64,000 nucleotides of DNA from positions 1,184,001 to 1,248,000 of the forward strand of contig OZ219747.1 of NCBI GenBank assembly GCA_964291265.2, read 5' to 3'. Of the stretch, positions 20,510 through 30,234 are shown in pieces. The translations under genes and the position numbers were made by a program. Source of the stretch: Alphaproteobacteria bacterium (GTDB taxonomy: Bacteria > Pseudomonadota > Alphaproteobacteria > SP197). A model generated the notes under the pieces. It searched no databases. It was not told where the DNA came from and saw only the letters and a program-made list of their open reading frames with translations. How positions within the stretch are numbered: the first letter of the stretch is position 1; every line of letters starts with the position of its first letter.

Positions 20510-21475
20510 TCAGGAGGCGGACGGATGCCGGCGACCGGCCCTGTCCCGGGCGAGGTTGCGGAACAGCTCCTCCTCGCGCTCCCGCAGCAGCGCCGCGCCG
20601 TCGCGGACGCTCCAGTCGTACACGCCCCGCCCCGACGGCAGGCCGCGATGCCCAGCGTCAACCAGCTCGGTCACCGCCGAAGCGGGTCGGGAACCCGTCT
20701 TCAGGTGCGGCATGAGGTAGGCTCCGAATGCGTGCAGCGTATCGAGGCCTCCGATGTCGGCCGACTCGATGGGTCCGGTGATCGCCAGACGTCGCCCGAT
20801 GGACGCCTTGACCACCGTGTCGATCGCCTCGGCCGATGCTGCGCCGTCCGCCCAAAGTTCCCAGGCCTCGCGGAGTATCGCGTACTGAAGGCGGTTGCCG
20901 ATGAAGCCCGGAACCTCCTTGTCGACGATCACTGGCTCCTTTCCGGCTGCCCTAAGGACGTCGCAGAGCCATGGCGCCACGTCCGAGTCGCTCTCCGGCC
21001 CGGCGCAGACTTCGACGAGGGGAATGAGCTGCGGCGGATACCAGAAGTGGGCGGCGACCACGCGCCCGCGGTGCGTGACGTGCGACACGAGTTCACTGGC
21101 GGGCTGCCCGCTCCCGGAAGCGAGAACCGCCGGCGGGGCGCAGATTTCGTCCAGCCGCCCGTAGACCTCGTTCTGCACATCTCGATCGGCCGGAACCGCC
21201 TCGAGGACGAGTTGCACATCCGCCGCGTCCTCGAGTCTGGTCGAAGTGCGGATGCGCCCGAGGGCGGCGTTCACTTCGCCGGACGTGATGAGCCCCTGCG
21301 CTTTGAAAGCGGCGAGGCTTTTCGCGATCTTGCTTGTCGCTGCGGCGAGGCTCTCTTCGCGCCGGCCGATCATGACGACCCGGTGGCCCGCGACCGCGAA
21401 AACCTGGGCCATTCCGTGGCCCATGAGGCCATTGCCGACGACGGCAACGGTATCGAGCGTTACGGGGACCGTCAT
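20510..21475 (-). CDS. 3-hydroxyacyl-CoA dehydrogenase family protein
   Basis: VVGNGLMG Rossmann motif, HFWYPP.LIPLVEV, PGFIGNRLQ, GRGVYDW. Confidence 0.9.
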   Translation of the reverse strand: MTVPVTLDTVAVVGNGLMGHGMAQVFAVAGHRVVMIGRREESLAAATSKIAKSLAAFKAQGLITSGEVNAALGRIRTSTRLEDAADVQLVLEAVPADRDVQNEVYGRLDEICAPPAVLASGSGQPASELVSHVTHRGRVVAAHFWYPPQLIPLVEVCAGPESDSDVAPWLCDVLRAAGKEPVIVDKEVPGFIGNRLQYAILREAWELWADGAASAEAIDTVVKASIGRRLAITGPIESADIGGLDTLHAFGAYLMPHLKTGSRPASAVTELVDAGHRGLPSGRGVYDWSVRDGAALLREREEELFRNLARDRAGRRHPSAS

Positions 21476-21610
21476 GGGACTCTCCTTCGCACGCGCCTGT
21501 CACCGCACCGAGGCGGCAGGAGCGTCTGTGGAAGTATGTGGACAGTTCCACCGGATGCAAGCGCACTGTTCAGTGTTCAGGCGTCCTCCGCTGGCGTCAG
21601 TCAATCGCGC

Positions 21611-21921
21611 CAGGCAATCCGAATGGCCGGAGAGGGGCCACAACCTCCATGGGCATGGCATTGGACGGTTGGCGAGGAGGCGCGCTCCATGGCGCTGCCG
21701 GTATATGCATGCCTTCCTGGCTGAACTTGCCTTCAGCGCGACGGACTTCATGGCGATTGGTTGTCTCTGCTTGCGTCACACCAGATTTCGACTCAGCCAT
21801 CTTCCGGTCTGACCCGCGACAAGCCTGGGTCCGGGCCACGGACAAGTGCGGTTCGTGGCGAAACGGCGGCAGGGGATGGTCGTTGTCGAAGGAAGGCTCA
21901 GTTCCTCCATCCTCTGTCACG
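21611..21921 (+). repeat. Decayed direct copy of 25441-25845 (3' ends of the MFS gene and betC)
   Basis: TTCGACTCAGCCATCTTCCGGTCTGA occurs at both sites, with collinear flanking similarity on both sides. Confidence 0.85.
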
Positions 21922-23308
21922 AGCCGACAACGGCGCCTGCAAGGGAGATTCATCACTTCGAAATCGCCGCGCAGGGATGGTTCAGACCAGGATGTCCCAA
22001 GCGAGCCCGTTCGGGACGGGAGTGGCCTTGCCGGCCACCAGGGTCGTTTCTCCTGATGAAGCCGATGTCGACATGGGCAGCCGCCAGCACTGCCGTGCCT
22101 CCCGACCGATGTTGTCCTGCACGGACAGGACCTGGAGGCCCAGGAGCAGCGCGAGAGAACGCAAGGCAAAGCAGCACGACAACGCCCGCGTGGATGATGA
22201 CCCTGAGCGCGACGCAACCTCGGTGTCTCTGCACTCCTGCCTGACTCCCCGGCGCATCCACTGAGGGTCTCGCACTGTCGGGACGCGTGGAGCGCTTCAC
22301 AATCGAACGGTGGAACGGATCCCTGGCGGCTTTCCGGCAGGTCCGACGCCGGGCGGCTGCTGGGAAGCGCCGGGCACGCCGACCGGGCGGCGGGTCGAGT
22401 GTCGACGCTGCGAGGATCCCGCGGCTCCGGGCCGGGCAACCCGCCCGCCGGCTGTCGTCCGAGGCATCGCGCGGCCTGGTCCTCGGGGTGGCGCTGCTTG
22501 GCCAGACGGAACCGTGGGACATGCGTCAAGCAGGGGCCTGATCCACAACCGGGCCGCTGTGAGGATGCCCGACCGTTCCCGATGGGAGCCCGCAGGGTCG
22601 ACCCGAACCTCGGCGTTGCGTTCGTGTTCCGAGGCAGACCCTGCATGGGCTTGACCTGCCTGGAGTTGGACGATGCTGACGAGGGTTCGGAAGTGGGGCA
22701 GGGTTCGTGGGTCACGAAGATGCTCTTGGATGAAGCCCGCATCCACGTGGACGACGAAGTCGATGTGTCGGCCGGAGAATTTCAACTGGGTACCGCCGGC
22801 CGGCAAGGAGTTCCGGCAGGTGGCACGATACGTTCCGGAGAAGGAGGTTTCCGTGATCCTGACGTTCGACCCGCAGGCCGGGCGGGAGCAGCGGGGCGCC
22901 GCTCCGCCTTGATGTGCCCGATCATCGGTACGTGCAGGGAGTGAATTCGTTTGTCCACCCCCGTTTTGCCAGGGAGCGTTCCTCACGCGGCATCCAGTCG
23001 TTGAATGTCGTCACGTCGTTGTCATCGCATACCATCTCGATCTCGCGACCTCCGGGCATCATCCTGTTCCGAACGTCACGCTTGCGCATTTCTTCAAGCC
23101 CGGGGATGGAGTTCTCTGACGGACACGAACCACGATGACACTCTCCCTGATCCTTCGCGGGTGTCCATGTCCGGTCCGGTCCCGACGCGCAGCAGACGGT
23201 GGGTGGTTCTTGACCGGTCCCGACGGGTTCCGCACTGTATCGTCGCCGTCCGGAACCACGGCGTTTCGCGCAACAGGGCCACGATTTGCCAATGATGGAG
23301 ATCGGACC

Positions 23309-24316
23309 ATTCCAGGCACCTCTTCCACACTCGGGGCGGTCGATCTGTCACCACTGTTCGATGGCACCGAAGCCGATGCGGCCGAAACGGGAGTGGCCAT
23401 GTTGGCGGCCATGGAGACATCCGGCGGCTTTGTCGCGACAGGTCTGCCCGGCGCCGCGTCCCTCGATACCCGGATCGGCGACGTGCTCCGCTTCTTCGAA
23501 CTGCCCGAGACCGAACGGTTGGCCATCGCCACGCGACGGCACCGCGCTGACGCCGAACATTGCTACCGTGGCTACTTTCCGTTGCCCGAAGAGAGGGGCT
23601 GGGCCCACAACGAGATCTTCGATTTCGGACCCCATGAGCCGTCCCGTGCTCCGCAAGGTCATCCGGCAAGGCGATTCCTGGAAGAGACGAACCAGTGGCC
23701 GGCACGCGAGCCCCATGCGGGATGGCGCAACTCGGCCGAGAGGCTCTTTGACGATCTGCGCACACTTTCCGTTGCGGTCATGGCCGCGCTTGCCGGCGCG
23801 CTCAACGAGGATGCGGGGGCCGTGATGAGCCAGTTCGACGACGGCAACGGCACGCTCCGCATCCTGCACTATCCGCCACCAGCCGATGGCTGCGCCGCCG
23901 CGCACGGGGAGACCCTTCCAGAGAGGGTCGACGTCGCGGGACGACGCATCATCACCCACCGCCGCATCGATGCCTGTGTACTGTCGGTGCTCTGGCAGGA
24001 CCGGACCGGCGGTCTGCAGTACGAGAGCCGCGACGGTGCATGGCACGAGGTGCCCTCAGACAACGGGTGGCTTTCGATCCACGCAGGGCGCGCCATGGCC
24101 CTGATGACCCGCGGTCGTATCGCGGGTACGCCGCACAGGATCGTCGGTACGGGTCTGGACCGCTGTTCCCTGGGCTTCTTCCTGGAGCCGGGTTTTGCCG
24201 AGACGATTGCCATTGACGAGGACGAAAAGCCGTTCACCTATGCCGATCACATGAAGGATGACTTCGCCGATCTGGACGTCTACGCCGGCGTCATGGGAGA
24301 TGCGGTGGCGGCGTGA
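23309..24316 (+). CDS. Isopenicillin-N-synthase-like 2OG-Fe(II) oxygenase, possibly inactivated
   Basis: VDLSPL, YRGYF, TNQWP, LRILHYP, GGLQ, TPHRI, RCS; the HxD motif reads RID; probable start is ATT 8 nt after GGAG. Confidence 0.8.
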   Translation: MPGTSSTLGAVDLSPLFDGTEADAAETGVAMLAAMETSGGFVATGLPGAASLDTRIGDVLRFFELPETERLAIATRRHRADAEHCYRGYFPLPEERGWAHNEIFDFGPHEPSRAPQGHPARRFLEETNQWPAREPHAGWRNSAERLFDDLRTLSVAVMAALAGALNEDAGAVMSQFDDGNGTLRILHYPPPADGCAAAHGETLPERVDVAGRRIITHRRIDACVLSVLWQDRTGGLQYESRDGAWHEVPSDNGWLSIHAGRAMALMTRGRIAGTPHRIVGTGLDRCSLGFFLEPGFAETIAIDEDEKPFTYADHMKDDFADLDVYAGVMGDAVAA

Positions 24317-24428
24317 GGGAGCAATACGATGACCGTCCCGGTCCGCTTCGACCGCGCCGGACGCCTGGCCAGGTCTTCATGGCTCCTGTCTGTCAGGCAC
24401 CACCCTCGGCTCCTGAAGCGCGGATGTC

Positions 24429-25658
24429 ATGATCCGGCGCGCTGACAGCGTCGAGGTCCGCTACGGCTGGGTCATCCTCGCCGTGTCCCTGGCGATCGGG
24501 ACCATCGCCATGGGGGCACCCAACATCCTCTTTGTCAGCCTGAAGGACATTGCGTCCGACTTCGGGTGGCCCCGTGCGGGACCCTCCCTGGCGTATTCCC
24601 TGCTGATGATGGGCAGTGGAGTGGGTGGAATCGCCATGGGCCTGTGGATGGACAGGCGAAGCGTCATCGAGCCGGTCCTGTTCGGCTCCGTCATGATCGC
24701 TCTCGGCGCCATTGTCGCGAGCCATGCAGGCGGGCGATGGGATTTCTATGTCGCCAACGGACTGCTGATCGGTGCCTTTGGCGAAGCGGCAATGATCGCG
24801 CCGCTCATCGCCAATGCCACACGGTGGTTCGATCGGCGTCGGGGTCTCGCCGTGGCGATCATCGCGTCGGGCCAGGGCGTGGCCGGAGCCATATGGCCGC
24901 CGGTCATAAGGTATCTGAACGATTCCGTGGGGTGGCGGGAAGCTTACCTCTGTTTCGGGTTGTTTGCACTGGCAACACTTGTGCCGCTTGCCTTGTTCCT
25001 GAAACCGAAACCACCGATGGCGCCTGCCGAGGCGAGTCGGGGCTCCGGCATGGGTGAATACTCCGTGCTGGGATATTCTCCAGTGACGGTGCAGACCTTG
25101 TTGTGTCTGGCGGTCGTGGGTTGTTGTACGGCGATGGCGATGCCGATCGTGCATCTCATCAGCCATGCGACCGATACGGGGTTCTCGCGCTCTACCGGTG
25201 CCAGCATGTTGTCGGTGCTGTTCGCCGCATCGTTTTTCAGCCGCATCGGCTTCGGTTTGCTTGCCGACAGGATCGGGGCGGTCAGATCAATGCTGATCGC
25301 TTCGGGTGCCCAGGCGGTCATGTTGTTGGCCTTCGCTTTCGTGACTACCGAATTCGGTCTGTACCTTGCCGCATTCATGTTCGGCATCGGCTTTGCCGGA
25401 ATCATGCCCAACTACGCCTTGATGATCAGACATTGGTTTCCAGGCAATCAGATTGGCTGGAGAGTGGGCACAACCTATCTGTTCGGGGCCATAGGCATGG
25501 CGTTGGGCGGTTGGCTGGGAGGTGCACTCCATGATGTCACCGGTACATACATGCATGCCTTTCTTGTCGGATTTGGCTTCAACGCGGTGAACTTCATGGT
25601 GATCGGTTACCTCTGTCTGCGTCAGACCAGGCTTCGACTCAGCCATCTTCCGGTCTGA
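24429..25658 (+). CDS. MFS transporter (MCT/OFA-like)
   Basis: YGWVI N-terminus, WFDRRRGLA, GLLADRIG; about 12 hydrophobic segments. Confidence 0.92.
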   Translation: MIRRADSVEVRYGWVILAVSLAIGTIAMGAPNILFVSLKDIASDFGWPRAGPSLAYSLLMMGSGVGGIAMGLWMDRRSVIEPVLFGSVMIALGAIVASHAGGRWDFYVANGLLIGAFGEAAMIAPLIANATRWFDRRRGLAVAIIASGQGVAGAIWPPVIRYLNDSVGWREAYLCFGLFALATLVPLALFLKPKPPMAPAEASRGSGMGEYSVLGYSPVTVQTLLCLAVVGCCTAMAMPIVHLISHATDTGFSRSTGASMLSVLFAASFFSRIGFGLLADRIGAVRSMLIASGAQAVMLLAFAFVTTEFGLYLAAFMFGIGFAGIMPNYALMIRHWFPGNQIGWRVGTTYLFGAIGMALGGWLGGALHDVTGTYMHAFLVGFGFNAVNFMVIGYLCLRQTRLRLSHLPV

Positions 25659-25807
25659 TTGCGGTTTCAGGCTGGATACCCGGCGGTGCGCACGTTCCGG
25701 GAAGGCGGTCTGGCCTGCTGCCCGGTCGCTGTTGACGGACCCGATCAGTCTTTGCCGAGCCCGGGGCAAGTGTGGTCCGCGCCGAAGGAGCGGCAGGGGA
25801 AGGTGAG

Positions 25808-27340
25808 TTATCGAAGGAGGGCGTGCGCCTCCGTCCTCTGCCACGCCTCGCGATAGCTGCGCTGGTATGCGAGGAAGGGATCGCTGGTGACCGCGTAGTC
25901 CCACGCCGGAGGCCGGCCGCGCCTGTTGGCTTCGAAGATCGTCGCGCGGCGCCGGACGCTCTCCTCCACGATTCCCGGCAAGCCGGTCACATCCCACTGC
26001 TTGAGGATCTCCTGCTTGAGGTCCTCCCGCAATGGCGCATGGGCGGCGTCCTGCGCCAGATCGACACGCTCTTCGGGATCCCGGGCAAGGTCGAACAGCA
26101 AGGGGGCCGTTGTCTCGCAATGAACGAACTTGTGGTGACCGCGCCTGATCATGAACCACGGCGCCGGCACGCCCTCGCCGCAGTACTCCGCCAGCACGTC
26201 GCGCGGAGCGAGTGCGCCGTTTCCGTAGAGAACATGTGCGAGACTCCTGCCGTCAACCGGACATGCGATGCCGTTTGCCTCATCGTTGACGGCGAGGTCC
26301 AGCAGCGTCGGGAGCACATCGACGAGCGAGACGGGTGTCCGCACCCGCCTCGCCGCAAATGCGGCGGGACAGTGGAATATGAGAGGCACCCGTTCGGCCC
26401 ACTCGAAGAAGGTGCGCAACCCCCAGAGACCGCGCTCCCCCAGCATGTTTCCGTGGTCGGCGGTGATGACGACGATGGTGTCGGTGTCGAGACGGGAGGA
26501 CTCGAGCGCACCGAGAATCTGTCCGATCCTGTCGTCGATGTGACTGAGCATCGCGTAGTAGGCGTGACGGGCCCGGCGAACATGGACATCGGTCACGCCG
26601 GCCTGACCCATGCCGCCGTATTCATGGAGATGACGGCTCAGTTCATCGTGGGCGTCGACCGGGGTCGGAGCCACCGCCGGCATGGGGATTTCCCCGTCGT
26701 CGTAGCGGTCCCAGTACTCGGCTGGTGAAGCGAAGGGAGGATGGGGCTGGATGAACGAGACGGTCATCAGGAAGGGCCGGTTGTCGTCTTCGCGTGCCAG
26801 CTGGTAGATCCTGTTGACGGAGGTGAAGGTCACCTCGTCGTCAAAATCGACTCCCAGGCAGCGCACGCAGGGGCCTGCATCGATGACCTCGTCGAGATTC
26901 GGGTAGTCGGGAAATCCCTCGTCTGCCCAGCGTGCGCCTCCAGGCGGCGGCCCCCAACCAAAGTCCGACGGCACCACGTCGGTCGTCAGCCGCTCCTCGA
27001 AGCCGTGCAGCTGGTCGGGGCCGACGAAGTGCATCTTGCCGGAGAGAATGGTCCGGTAGTCCGCCAGACGCAGGTAGTGGGCAAGGGTGGGAATACTGGC
27101 CGGGAGCTCGCTGCCGTTGTCGAAGACACCCAACTTCGAGGGCAGGAGCCCCGTCAGCAATGACGCGCGGGATGGTCCGCACAACGGAGCGTTGCAGTAC
27201 GCGTTCTCGAAGACGACGCCCTCTTCGCCGAGCCGCTTCATGTGAGGCGCCCTGATCGTGCCGTCGCCGTACATCGGCAGTGCCAGGGCGCTCATGAAGT
27301 CGGCCATGATGATCACGATGTTGGGTTGGGTCCTGGTCAT
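25808..27340 (-). CDS. betC: Choline-sulfatase
   Basis: Sulfatase motif CGPSR; PTLAHYLR..YRT.LSGKMHFVGPDQLHGFEERLTTD, characteristic of BetC. Confidence 0.82.
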   Translation of the reverse strand: MTRTQPNIVIIMADFMSALALPMYGDGTIRAPHMKRLGEEGVVFENAYCNAPLCGPSRASLLTGLLPSKLGVFDNGSELPASIPTLAHYLRLADYRTILSGKMHFVGPDQLHGFEERLTTDVVPSDFGWGPPPGGARWADEGFPDYPNLDEVIDAGPCVRCLGVDFDDEVTFTSVNRIYQLAREDDNRPFLMTVSFIQPHPPFASPAEYWDRYDDGEIPMPAVAPTPVDAHDELSRHLHEYGGMGQAGVTDVHVRRARHAYYAMLSHIDDRIGQILGALESSRLDTDTIVVITADHGNMLGERGLWGLRTFFEWAERVPLIFHCPAAFAARRVRTPVSLVDVLPTLLDLAVNDEANGIACPVDGRSLAHVLYGNGALAPRDVLAEYCGEGVPAPWFMIRRGHHKFVHCETTAPLLFDLARDPEERVDLAQDAAHAPLREDLKQEILKQWDVTGLPGIVEESVRRRATIFEANRRGRPPAWDYAVTSDPFLAYQRSYREAWQRTEAHALLR

Positions 27341-27899
27341 GATGTCTCCCTCACTTCCTGCCAAGGCAATGTATCGTGCCACCGGGATCGCGGGTACGGA
27401 ACGCCTCACGGATGCTTCGGTGTCATCCCGCGCTCCGCAGGGCGAAGTCGTCAGGAATGACGACAAGGCGGCCGTGGTCCTCGAGGCGCGTCGGCGCGGT
27501 GCGGCCTCCATTCAGTTCCCCACCTCCGTGGCACGAAGACGCCGCCACCGGAGGAGCCAGACGGAATGGTGCGGGTACTCCGTGCAAACTCCAGTCTCTC
27601 CCATCTCGACGGTTCGGTCATTGCCCTCCTCCAGAGGCACCGCCGGTGGGCCATGAAGAGGATCTGCGCGCCCGAGATGGTTCCCTGCACTATCCCTGGC
27701 ATGGCAAGCGGTTCCGTCACGGTCGTATCCCGGAGTGTTCCGGTCATGGCAACCGTGGCATTCGTGGAGCCAACCGGGCAAACTGGATCCTGTCGAGAAA
27801 CAAGGGGGTCGGCATCTTGATGGCGAGGCATGTGGATGAAGATGGCACCAGCTCGGAGCCCGCGCCTCGCAATTGGTCGACCACAACGCCCGATGGCGT

Positions 27900-28062
27900 G
27901 GAGAGTCCTGGCACGACTGCCGGCTCTCAATTCGACACGCCATCACGGGAAATCGATGGCGAGACACTTGTCCACGGGATGGGGCATCTCGTCGCCGGCT
28001 GGCGGGAGCAGCGGACCGCAGGATCGCTGATGGATGTCGTCATCGGGAGCGTGCCGGTGTGA
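27900..28062 (+). pseudogene. Possible remnant of a type I R-M HsdM C-terminus
   Basis: EIDGETLVHGMGHLVAGWREQRTAGSLMD resembles the HsdM tail as I recall it (EDDGEPFEEKM.RL.AQWREQ.AE...LD); stop overlaps the HEPN start. Confidence 0.4.
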
Positions 28063-28484
28063 ACATCGACACCTTCTTCCTGCGTCGGTGTATCTCTTCG
28101 CTCGAACGCGGGATCCAGGAAATCGAACGGCATGAGGGCGGCGATGATGTGCTGCATGACCTCTACCGCGCCGCCTGCGTCAAGGAGTTTGAACTCGTGC
28201 TCGAACAGAGCGGCAAGCTCCTGCGCAAGCGGCTTGGTGCGTACTTCGCCAGCAACCGTCAGGCGGACCGCCTGAGCTTCAAGGATCTGTTTCGTCATGC
28301 TGCCCGGCATGATCTGATCGACTGCGAGACTGTCGGGAGATGGCTGGGCTATCGCGACAGTCGAAATGGCACGGTGCACGGCTACGGTGAAGACTTCGCC
28401 GAAGCCACGTTGAAACTGCTGCCGACGTTCGTTGACGACGCAAGGGCGCTCGCCGACATGATTGAAGAGGCGAACAGTGACTGA
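28059..28484 (+). CDS. HEPN-domain toxin / nucleotidyltransferase substrate-binding protein (HI0074 family)
   Basis: ACVKEFELVLEQSGKLL; RX4HXY motif RNGTVHGY. Confidence 0.88.
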   Translation: MNIDTFFLRRCISSLERGIQEIERHEGGDDVLHDLYRAACVKEFELVLEQSGKLLRKRLGAYFASNRQADRLSFKDLFRHAARHDLIDCETVGRWLGYRDSRNGTVHGYGEDFAEATLKLLPTFVDDARALADMIEEANSD

Positions 28485-28830
28485 TCGTCTGCATCTGTCG
28501 AGGCGACACCGACACATTCTGGAAAGTCTGATCCGGGAACACCTGCCGGACATTGACGTGTGGGTCTACGGAAGCAGGGTGACCGGGCGCAGCCATGACG
28601 GCAGCGATCTCGATCTGGTGCTCCGGGGGCCGGGACTCAAGGAGATACCGGACAGTCAATTGATCAGTTTCGCGCAAGCGGTGCACGATTCCACGATTCC
28701 GTTTCTCGTCGAGGCGCGGGACTGGGCGCGATTGCCGGAGCGGTTTCACGCGGAGATCGAGCGGGATTATCACGTATTCGTTGTCCCAGGGCATGACGCG
28801 GACATGGGGCCCCAAGCCGTAACCGATTGA
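28477..28830 (+). CDS. Minimal nucleotidyltransferase (MNT) antitoxin
   Basis: GSX10DXD motif: YGSRVTGRSHDGSDLDL; overlaps the HEPN gene. Confidence 0.88.
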   Translation: MTDRLHLSRRHRHILESLIREHLPDIDVWVYGSRVTGRSHDGSDLDLVLRGPGLKEIPDSQLISFAQAVHDSTIPFLVEARDWARLPERFHAEIERDYHVFVVPGHDADMGPQAVTD

Positions 28831-29065
28831 ACGGGGAAGAAGTCCGGCCCTGCTTGCTGCGGTAGGCGACGGATTGCGAGTCAGGCGGGGCTCGCCTCGA
28901 CATCCGTGGCGACGTCGACTGCGGCCCAGGATCCGCACCATGGCGTCGATGGCGTGATCGACCGAACCGTCATTGACCAGGGCCTCCACATCATCCCCCT
29001 CGCCATGTCCGGCTGTCAGCTTCAGTGTTCCACAAGGGTCACGTGAAGGCGAGGTTCCGGGTCCG

Positions 29066-29377
29066 TCAGCGCAGGCGCCAGACGATGAGAGCGGCGAACA
29101 TGAGAACCGCAACGGGCCAGTGCCAGAAGGCCATCCCGCCCTCGAGGCAGGCCAGCACCAGCATGGAACCGATGGGGAGAAAGAAGCACCCTGCCGGCGT
29201 GGCCCAGATGAGCAGCCAGTCGTTGGCAAACTCCGCCAGGAAGCGGATGACACCGGGCGCTCTCTCCGGCACCGGCACCCGGGGGTTGAGAAACAGCATC
29301 CAGATGCTCACGGCCACCACGCCGAGGGACATCAGGAAAAGCTGCAGCCGGTCGCCCTCCATGCCGGCGATGGACAT
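29066..29377 (-). CDS. Small hypothetical membrane protein
   Basis: Three hydrophobic stretches; GAGG RBS; lies directly downstream of the SDR gene. Confidence 0.55.
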   Translation of the reverse strand: MSIAGMEGDRLQLFLMSLGVVAVSIWMLFLNPRVPVPERAPGVIRFLAEFANDWLLIWATPAGCFFLPIGSMLVLACLEGGMAFWHWPVAVLMFAALIVWRLR

Positions 29378-29398
29378 GACCTCGCCCGTGAAGAACAC

Positions 29399-30220
29399 TC
29401 AGGCGTCCACCGGTTTGCCGGTTCCCGAACCCGACATCATGCCGGCACCGGCCTTCTCCAGCATCGTCATGGAGGGATAGTCCAGGATCATCAGGCCGCC
29501 GTCGACGATGAGTGTCTGTCCGGTGACAAAACTCGCTTCGTCACTGGCAAGGAAAAGGACCGCCGCGGCGATCTCGGCCGGTGTTCCCATGCGTCCCAGG
29601 GCCGATGGCGGAAGAAACCAACCGCCGCCGCCCGAAGGCGGCTCCTCGGCGTCGCGCTCGGTGGTGATCCAGCCGGGCGAGACACCATTGCAGCGCACGC
29701 CGAGGCGGGCCCCTTCCGCCGCAAAACTCCGCACCAGCGCTTCCACCCCTGCCTTCGCAATCGCGTACGTCCCCCAGTTTCCATGCCAGGTCGCCGTCGA
29801 ACTGATGCACACGATGCTGCCGCGTCGGCGCGCGAGATGCGGCAGGGCATGCGAACTGACGAACCAGGGGGCATCAAGATTGGGACCACGCAGCTTCTGC
29901 CAGCGCACCCCGGGAGGATCGCTGTCCTCGACTCCGGCGCGCCGGCCGCCGACACCGGCGTTGTTGACGACGACATCGATGCCGCCGAAACGGTCCGCCA
30001 CCTCCGCGATCATGGCAGCACTCGCGTCTTCCGAGGAGAGTTCGCACGACCAGAAGCCGGTCTCGGCGCCCGCTGCCTCGAGCTCGCCCACAACGCGCTT
30101 TCCCCTATCGCGGTTGCGCCCGACAACGGCGACCCGTGCCCCCTCGGCGGCGAATCTCTTCGCGATTCCCCTGCCAATTCCCGAATTGCCTCCGGTGATC
30201 AGCGCCACCTTGTCTTTCAT
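29399..30220 (-). CDS. SDR family oxidoreductase
   Basis: TGGNSGIG, NNAG, YAIAK, NGVSPG motifs; AAGGAG RBS before ATG 30220. Confidence 0.93.
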   Translation of the reverse strand: MKDKVALITGGNSGIGRGIAKRFAAEGARVAVVGRNRDRGKRVVGELEAAGAETGFWSCELSSEDASAAMIAEVADRFGGIDVVVNNAGVGGRRAGVEDSDPPGVRWQKLRGPNLDAPWFVSSHALPHLARRRGSIVCISSTATWHGNWGTYAIAKAGVEALVRSFAAEGARLGVRCNGVSPGWITTERDAEEPPSGGGGWFLPPSALGRMGTPAEIAAAVLFLASDEASFVTGQTLIVDGGLMILDYPSMTMLEKAGAGMMSGSGTGKPVDA

Positions 30221-30234
30221 GTGCGGTATCTCCT

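Noticed and set aside
27640-27720. Rieske-like word DGSLHYPWHGKRF
   Set aside because: No Cys ligands and no supporting flanking similarity
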